Below are positions 55,634-64,000 of a stretch of DNA of 64,000 bases, piece after piece. The translations under genes were made by a program, and so were the position numbers. This stretch comes from Eledone cirrhosa (taxonomy: Eukaryota). The stretch spans positions 178,746,001-178,810,000 of the forward strand of contig OZ024740.1 in assembly GCA_964016885.1 (NCBI GenBank), given 5' to 3'. The notes under the pieces are model-generated. The model was given only the letters and a program-made list of their open reading frames with translations, made no database searches and was not told the DNA's origin. Each line of letters starts with the position of its first letter. The stretch's first letter is position 1.

Positions 55634-56262
55634 TGTATGCATGCATACATGTATGTATTGTATATAGATTCAGTCCGGTGCATTGAGTTGCATCTATTTG
55701 AGTCAAAATGTAACTTAACCATTCAAGAAACAGAGATCTATCAAATAGCTACCAGATTGAAATGTGGTGTCTTTAACTGGCTGATGTTCCGTTATTGAAC
55801 GAATCTGCTCTGGATTTAATTTATAATGAAGTATCAAAAGAATAGATCGTCGTCGCTTGAGTGTTTTTGAAAAATACTCGACCTACGACGATATTCTCTT
55901 TTATACGCATGCTCTGTTAAAACCAATAAAAAAAAGACACTACCATATGTCATTGCATATGTTGCCCTTATACATTTTTGCCGTGTATAATAACATAAGA
56001 AAAGATAGTAAAGAATAAAAGAGTTGGTTAACCATTATAACAAGTATGTGTTATTTCATTGAATATTCAGCGTTAAGTGTAAAGACATTTGCTGACAATA
56101 TAGAGCATCAATTATATTACATTGCATTGTCTTCCATTCAAATCTGTAAGTAGATGATGAGAAAAAGATGATTCATTCTTTCCGTTTTCTTAAATTGTTT
56201 ATGTATATGTGGTGAACAAAATTGACCTTCATATTTGTAGACGATATAAGCCTCTCTCTCTA

Positions 56263-56321
<59 letters not shown>

Positions 56322-56326
<5 letters not shown>

Positions 56327-56753
56327 TAAACGGAATAGAAAATGCTGACAAATTGTTCACAGTTGAAAAATGATTTAATTAGGAATAAAAGAGTATTAGT
56401 GATTGTATGGGTTAGTATTCAGTTGTGGTTTTAAGTTTTTAAGTTTTTACCGGTTGCGCATTTCTAAATGCTTTTCAAAAATAATTTTGAGATAGAGTGT
56501 CCGTGCTGTTTGCTCTGATCAGAGCAAACAGCACGGACACTCTATCTCAAAATTATTTTTGAAAAGCATTTAGAAATGCGCAACCGGTAAAAACTTAAAA
56601 ACTTAAAACCACAACTGAATACTAACCCATACAATCACTAATACTCTTTTATTCCTAATTAAATCATTTTTCAACTGTGAACAATTTGTCAGCATTTTCT
56701 ATTCCGTTTACCAATATATAATAACTTGTGTGTTACACCTCTATTCTTTTAAC
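56322..56753. mobile_element. Apparently perfect ~400-bp palindrome of the Neptune-like pLTR plus ~33-bp tail
   Basis: Centre TCTGA|TCAGA at 56518/56519, no spacer. Arm matches 5375-5560. Confidence 0.9.
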
Positions 56754-56884
56754 TATATATATATATATATATATATGGAAGAAAGTGTGGTAAGGAACCA
56801 GATGGACTATAACGTACCAGAGTACTCAATACTTAGGGTAGTAGAGTGGTTAATAGGAAAATGTTTAACCCCGACGGCAGAGCT

Positions 56885-57035
<151 letters not shown>

Positions 57036-57670
57036 ATATATAATATTATATATATTATATATATATATGTATATATATATGTATATATTTGTTTTGCTGG
57101 AGAATATTGCCTGTAGACAAATGTTAGAACATGATTGCCTATTTACAAATGATGTGGATTCCCACGATCATAAGTTTTATATGTTGGTGCTAATATATTT
57201 TTTTCTATTCTCTCTTTCATACCATAACCAAGGCATTCCATTTGCAATCAGTCCTGCATATTTTAATACAGCAATAACAAACATATTTTTACAGATTGTT
57301 ATATTTATATCTTTTATAAAGTCGGATATCTTACTGTGATTATAACTCGATATTTTTCATTTACGCATATGTTTATATACATACAAGAATTATAGAAATT
57401 CATGCTATTTTCCTTCTATTTTCCTTCGATATTATGATAGTGCAAATTGCTACTGGACAAAATTGTTCGTAATCATATTCCTTCATGTAAAGATATATAT
57501 CCACCTATATAACAGGCTGAATGTAAGCATTCTCAGCTAACGGTTTTAATACGAACGAAATATGTTCGTAACTATCACTGAAAATGTTAAGTAAGATTAG
57601 ATCTCCCCTAACCTTGAAAATTAAGAATTTCTGGCGTACGTCATTCAGTGCATGATCATCATCATCTTCC

Positions 57671-57701
<31 letters not shown>

Positions 57702-58574
57702 CATCTTTCTGTCTTTATATATACCAGGTGCACTTTTCAAGCACATTTTTAAAATCATTTTCCTTTCATATATATATATATATAGTTTCACAACAGTTAA
57801 TTCACCATTTCCGAGAATAATTTTCACCTTAGTCGGATCATCATCTCGGTTTTAATGGGACTGTACGGAAAAACAGTAGTACGAATATGTAGTGTAGGCG
57901 AAGTCACTTCGGAATCCATGTTATTCAGTCCAGAATATAATAGATTATTCATGTTTGACAGTCTAGAGCTTAGTGATTACGTAATAGGTGTTTCCAATCC
58001 TGCGGACAACGCAAGAAAGGCTTATTCCTTGAATCTAGACAAGCGCTATTCAATGCACAAGATGGATTCCCATTTCCGTATGGCTTAGACGGAATTGTTA
58101 AAAGCCAGTGTGGTTTCTAAGTTAAAATTCAACCTCCTTATGCCATGAAATGTGATCGCAGGAATGGAAAGACCAAAAGAAAAATAGGTCCCTTGTTCCG
58201 ATCCGACAATCAGCTTCTTTGCATATATTTATGTGGAAATTAAAATAACGTTATTTGTTGTTTGCTTATTTTACCTGAAAAATCGGCGTGAAATAATGTA
58301 ATCGTATTAACCTGAAGTTCGTTTTTTTTATTCTCACTCCACCGTCTATATAATAATGATGATAACTACAATACTTGTTTAATGATAGATGTAGTGAAAC
58401 CTTTGGGTTTGAAATCAGAATATAAAGAGATGACGAACAGCACACGCCCGACAAGCACAACGGACCAAATATTCACACTGCCGTATGTATATACATATCA
58501 GTCAGCTGATGAAGCGAATTGAATTGATAAAAGATAAATATAATTGTGAATAAAGGAATCCCTATTTAAGAAAA

Positions 58575-58965
58575 CACATATAAATGTTTCTACTTTTGGT
58601 ACAAGGCCAGCAATTATCCCAGTGCATTATTGATTCTTTATTTTATCGACTCCGTAAGGATGAAAAACAAAGTTAACCTCGGCGGAATTTGAACGTAAAG
58701 GGCCATAACTCTATGCTGCAAAGCATGGTGTCTGACGCTCTAGCGATACTGCCAATACAACACATATAATTGTTTCTACTTTTTTGGCACAAGGCCAGCA
58801 ATTACCCAGTACATTACTGGTACTTTATTTTATCGACCCCGTAAGGATGAAAGGCAAAGTGAACCTCGGCGGGTTTGAACTCAGACCGTAAAGGGACGTA
58901 ACTATGCTGGAAAGCATGGCGTCCGACTCTCTACCGATACTGCCAATCCACCGATACAAAACATA
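58575..58965 (-). mobile_element. Two tandem tRNA-derived SINEs (Octopus OR-type)
   Basis: On minus: A-box-like GGATTGGCAGTATCGGTAGAG, B-box GAGTTCAAACCC, core GAGGTTCACTTTGCCTTTCATCCTTACGGGGTCGATAAAATAAAGTACCAG. Confidence 0.8.
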
Positions 58966-59789
58966 TAATGCTGGCAAAGGAGAAAACATTTAACATCAAA
59001 ATACAGCAAAGGCGAGTGATAAAACTGAGTTCAATTGTTTACTATTATACAATAATCTAACTGGCGAAACTTAAAAGATTGAATACAAACGTAATATTTC
59101 ACATAAAATGAAACGTCCTTATTGGTCCCAAAATTAATTAGGGAGAAACAAAATTACTAGCAAGCGAAAATTGTAACATATCTAAATAAATATTAAATAG
59201 TTCCTTTAGTAAAAATAAAGAATATGTCAATAATGATATGTACATATTAAACACACAGCAAAGATAGTGTCATATAATATTCATATTCTTTAAACTAAAT
59301 CGTTTGATGTGAGAGATTTAAACAACATAAATAGGTATAGTGCAATGCAAAACAATATTATTAAATGCACAGTTTCAGAGGAAGAAACATATCTATTCCT
59401 AAATTATATATGTATTATAGATAATATACGATAATTACTTTCCGAATAATAACTTGGCGAACTTTGAAGATATATCAGTGCAAAAAAGCAAATAGTATTT
59501 GGTTAATGATTTCATGAAGAACAATAAATATTACGAATTTAAAGTGTGCTCCGTGCGACGTCAGATATTGAAAAAAAAAAACCTTCTGTTGATAAAAAAA
59601 ACACCTTAATTAGTATTTCTTGTTCGAATTGTTAAACAACCAGAGCCCGACATCTTTCTAAACATATTTGCATTATATAGGAAAATAACGCGTACCGCTC
59701 ATCATTGAGAAGAAAAGAAATCTATGGGCGATTTTTATAACGTACCCTTCAAACACTTTATCATTGATCAAATATGGTGATCAAATATT

Positions 59790-60236
59790 ATTGAACAAAG
59801 TGCAGTGGATTGGCAGAATCAATAGAGATTCGGATGCCCTGTTATGAGGCATTGAGTTACGGCACTTTACATTCCGAGTTCAAATCCTGCCGAGGTTAGC
59901 TTTGCCTTTCATCCTTACAGTGTCGATAAAACCAAGTACCAGTGACGCACTAGGGTCGATTTAATCGACGTTCCGGTCCTGTTCAGATTACTGACCTTGT
60001 GTCTAAATTAGAAACCATTATTGAACAAAGGGCAGTGGATTGGTAGAACGTTGGACAAGATGCTTTGCAGCATACAGTTACGTTCTGAGATAAAATTCCA
60101 CCGAGGTAAGCTTTGCCTTTCATTTTTAAAGAGTCAATAAATAGAGTAGAGTACCAGTAACGCACTGGGATCAATGAAATAGACTTTCTCCTCCCCCAGA
60201 ATTGTTGGTATTGTGCCTAAATTAGAAACCATTATT
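59790..60236 (+). mobile_element. Two tandem OR-type SINEs
   Basis: Same A/B boxes and core; both units start ttattgaacaaag. Confidence 0.8.
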
Positions 60237-60914
60237 GATCAAATACACGTTGTCCTCTCTCTCACAAAATTGAACCAACTTAATGATATTTTATTTTAAG
60301 AGTCAGTGCATTGGTCCATTTTTCTAACATTTTATTGGGAAGTGATAAATTTCACACTGTGTAGGATGCTGTATTGCACTACACAATGAGACGAAATTTA
60401 CAACAAAGCCTATGCAGACGGCTTCAATCCGAGAACAATAAGAAATATGAAAACTTTCTGGCCTATTCTTAAAACTCAATTTAAAACTCAATTTAATCTT
60501 GTAAATCTCTGTAGGATGTTTGACATCTTGACAATCAGCATGGTACAAAATAATGTAAAATATATGAGGAAAAAAGAAATACCATTCATTTACTCATGTA
60601 CTTAGGTTGGTTTTAAAATATATTTGATTTAGTGGGGTGTTGACTATGCTAAATATATTTTGTGGAACTTTCAGAAATATCAATCGTAGTGTAGTCACTA
60701 AAACACCACAATGTAAAGTAACTTTAGGCATTAAAGACACCAAGTTAAGAGAGAAATAAATGAAACTGTTCATTGTATTCACTCTCAACACTAAAAGTGA
60801 GAGCAAACGTAATCTGTTCAGAATAGCACGCAAGATCAATTTGAAAATTATACGGTTCAAAATTCTATTACTGGCACCATTTGAATACCTCAAAATATAA
60901 TCATAACAATGTAG

Positions 60915-61140
60915 AGCAGTGGATTGGCAGTAGTTGGTAGAGTGTCAGTTGGTAGAGTGCTTTGTGGCATACAGATATGAATCTTTACGGTCTGAGTTCA
61001 AATCTCTCTGAGGTTATCTTTGCCTTTCATCCTAATAGGTGTCAAGAGAATAAAGTACCAGTAACGCACTAGGGTCAATTTAATCGACCTTCCCTTCCGC
61101 CAAATTGTTGGCCTTATATCTAAATCATAAACCATTATCA
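60915..61140 (+). mobile_element. OR-type SINE
   Basis: gtggattggcag..ctgagttcaaatc..tttgcctttcatcc..aagtaccagtaacgcactagggtc. Confidence 0.8.
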
Positions 61141-61531
61141 TTACAGTTAACTATACCATATTTATTTCATTAGCTTGCTTATTTTCATCCACGTAGCAGA
61201 GTTTTAGAACTGAATGTTTTACATCTTTCGTGTTGTGTTACTGTGCGGTAATCCTCGATAGTATTGCTCATACTATATTATCCTGGATGTATTTAAAACA
61301 CGTGAAACTCGTCAGCATTGGGGCGTGTGATTTTGTATACTGAGAATCATCACAACACATTGTAGAATTTTGTTAATATATACAATCAGTATATATTTAT
61401 TCATTGACAGAAAAAGACGAATTTGTGACAACAGGCTATCATTTATCCCTTCATTCCTTGTGAAACGAACGAGCAAAGCGGGATGTAACTCTTTCTATGT
61501 ATGTATGTATGTATGTATGTATGTATGTATG

Positions 61532-62016
61532 TTGGACATCCGGCAGGACTAAAAGCAAAACCTGTCAAAGGGCAAAGGAGCTCTTAAGAGTCAATGGCCA
61601 TCCAAAATCACCGGGAGAGATGACCCCTTAGCCTTTGTCAAGGCAGAATTCTAGGAAAACTCTGATATAACACCTGCAACCCTGATGGTATCCAATGATG
61701 TTGACTTGTTCTTCTTTTTGGTAAATATCACCTTGGTTAAGAGAGTGGGACTGGCTTTGTGCAGTGCCTTTGCTCACTATAAAAGCTTCACGGCACAGGC
61801 ATTGCTTTATATCTTGAGATCTCTCTGCACTTGTCGTCACATGGTAACATGGGCCCAGCACTATGTGTCAATAATTGTCACAAGTGTAGTATTTGTACCA
61901 GAGTTTTTAAGTCGCTGGCGGGACTAAAAAGTCACACTCGTTCAGCGCATCGGTAGGGATTCTCATACATGGATATAAAGTAGTGGGCGTACTCGAAAAC
62001 GAGTTGGCAGCCACCA
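61532..62016 (+). mobile_element. RTE-clade LINE 3' end with C-terminal C2H2 finger and (ATGT)n tail
   Basis: 61879-61956 encodes HKCSICTRVFKSLAGLKSHTRSAHR*, then a short 3' UTR and ATGT repeats. Related 3'-end fragment on minus at ~51950-52005. Confidence 0.7.
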
Positions 62017-62034
62017 TGTATGTATGTATGTATG

Positions 62035-64000
62035 TTTTCTCTTTCTCTTAATTTCGAGTATATTTTTTTGACCGGCCACCTTCCTGGTGGCAAGGTTGTA
62101 AAAGAAAAGAAATTGTCATCCCTTGAATCGCAAGAATGTTTTGCATATTTTGAAGGTGCCAGCTATCGCAGCCATTTGTAGACTATGAATTAGGGAGCTG
62201 CGCTTTTTGTCCGCAAATCCAAATTCGGTCATACTTTGGTCCAAGCGGGTTGGTATATAACCCGTAGCACCAATAATGATGGGTATGAAGCTAAAGGTGT
62301 ATCTTGGATACTGGATTTGTAAGCTCCTCATCAATGGTCCGTAGATGTCCTCCTTCTCCTGTATTTTTCTGACAACGTTTACATCAAGTGGGCAGCTGAT
62401 CTCCACAACAGAACACGTTTTCAATGTGTGGTCCCAAACTACAATATCAGGCCGGTTGTGCTTTAATTTGGTGGCAGTTTTTATTTTCAGGTTCCACCAG
62501 TATTCCTTAGTGCCATCTGTCTCAATATATTCTTCCTCGTTTGTTGTTAATTTTGTTTTCCGAAGTGCGTTCCAGATAGTTCTAGCTATCCCATCGTGTC
62601 TCATGGGGAGGTAGTAGCGAGATGACATTCTTTCGCAGCTGGCAACAATGTGACTTACATCCTCGATCTTTGTTTTACATAGCCTACATTTATTGTCAGC
62701 TGCTGGCCCTCCTCTTTTGTGCAGCAGATATTTGGTAGGGAGTTCTTGTTCCTGTATTGCATAGAGATATCCCTCAAGGTGTGATGTCATAAACTTGTCG
62801 GAACTCCATGCCAGGCTTTTTGAGTGGTTTATCCCCTCTATGGTCTGTGTTTTACGCCTCAAGTATCCATGCACAACTTTCTCTGTAAATTGGTCAATTT
62901 TTTTTCTTGTTTGAACATTGAATAAGATCTTCCGATTTCTCTGGGTGAGAGATTTATATCAGGCTTTATTCCATATCTCTCCTACAGATCAGTCGCTATT
63001 CTAATGATATTTCTTTTTTCATGCTCATAAACCTGAGCAAGATGGTCGCCAACCTTTTTCCTCTGTTGAAGGTGTTGCTTCAGTGTTACTATCCGGGTCT
63101 CATATGTTGTTAATATTGATTTTAGACCCCGGCCACCTTCCTTGCGTGAGAAGTATAGCCTATCCACATCACCATTGATGTTAAAGTTCCCAGTAACACT
63201 GAGAAGTTTACGAGTTCTAACATCCATCTCACTTAGTTCTTGCAATGACCAGTTCAGTAGGCCAAATGTTGGCTTTATAATTGGCACAGCATAGGTATTG
63301 TGGGCAATGTATTTGTTATATGCTGACAGTTCTGATGACCATATTTTTTTTACTCTTCTGAGGTATTCAGTTCTGGTTCTCTCCTTATTTATGGGTCCAT
63401 CATATCTGACATTCTCATCCTGTCCAAGATATCTGTAGTTGTCACCTGACTGCAGAGGTTGTATTGTCAGGCCGTTCATATCTAGATTTCTAGAGGAGGG
63501 CACAGCTCTTCCACGTTTTACTGCCAAATATGCACACTTGGACTCACCAAATTTCATTTTGATGTCGGTTGAAAATTGTGTAATGAGGTCCAATTGTTTC
63601 TTGATGTCATTGATATTTGGCCCATACAACTTCAGGTCATCAACAAAGAAAAGATGGGAGATACTTCTGGGCCCACTTCTTTGTCCACCTTGTTTCCTGA
63701 GTAGGTAAGATAGTGGATTCAGTGAGAGAACGAAGAGTAGTACTGACAAGCTATCACCCTGAAAGATGCCCTTCTGGTAATGTATCCTATCAGTCTTAAC
63801 CTGCTCCTTCTCACCTCTAAGGATCAAATTGGTGTACCAGTTCTTGGTCAGGCGTTCAACAGCAGCTATTAATGGTTGTGGGACTTTAGCTAACTGTAAA
63901 GCCTTAATAATCCACCCATGAGGTACACTATCAAATGCTTTTTGATAGTCCAGCCACACGACAGTCATGTTTCTGCGATTCTTTGTTGTTTTTTCCTGAA
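62035..64000 (-). mobile_element. R4/Dong-like non-LTR retrotransposon (RT + CCHC + restriction-like endonuclease), runs off window end
   Basis: WLDYQKAFDSVPH, GIFQGDSLS, HLFFVDDLKLY, YRYLG, RLYFSRKEGGRGL, CRLC-x8-H-x4-C, RHD, RPDIVV..VEISCP. 3' end fuses with (CATA)n. Confidence 0.92.
62116..63968 (-). pseudogene. R4/Dong-like ORF interrupted by TAG at 62982-62984 and a 1-nt frameshift near 62900
   Basis: Track ORFs 62982-63968 and 62116-62874 are one gene. The copy at ~54000 has GAG instead of TAG and an in-frame A-run. Confidence 0.88.

Noticed and set aside
53038-55640. Repeat-spacer-like alternation resembling a CRISPR array
   Set aside because: Units are LINE 3' ends separated by microsatellite; eukaryotic context and no cas genes.
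57855-58088. 77-aa ORF MGLYGKTVV..
   Set aside because: Lies in a repeat shared with 4780-5180, where this frame is not conserved.
58850-58955. tRNA gene
   Set aside because: A/B boxes are present but there is no cloverleaf and a SINE core follows, so it is a tRNA-derived SINE.

Overview
This is AT-rich, microsatellite-dense eukaryotic DNA, probably an octopod cephalopod, inferred from tRNA-derived SINEs resembling Octopus OR/OK/Nin types. I recognise no host protein-coding gene, and most ORFs in the track are translations of (TA)n/(CA)n/(GA)n tracts. The window is dominated by retroelements. (1) A near-full-length Penelope-like element (PLE; Neptune-type RT plus Cys linker, GIY-YIG truncated) at ~5.4-8.7 kb, plus several Naiad-type PLE fragments. 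(2) Four copies of an R4/Dong-like RLE non-LTR element, all inserted in (TATG)n. (3) RTE 3' ends, non-autonomous Helitrons and many SINEs. The strongest hidden signal is about 20 minimal type-I hammerhead ribozyme motifs from more than 10 unrelated sequence families (some degenerate), two families with greatly expanded stem/loop II. Many sit in long fold-back (palindromic) elements inserted in (TA)n tracts with a one-sided tail. One fold-back has captured ~640 bp of apparently unique DNA that also lies 14 kb away. A speculative chain of symmetric micro-exons lies on the minus strand at 27.9-35.9 kb. All calls are by eye and coordinates are approximate to a few bases.
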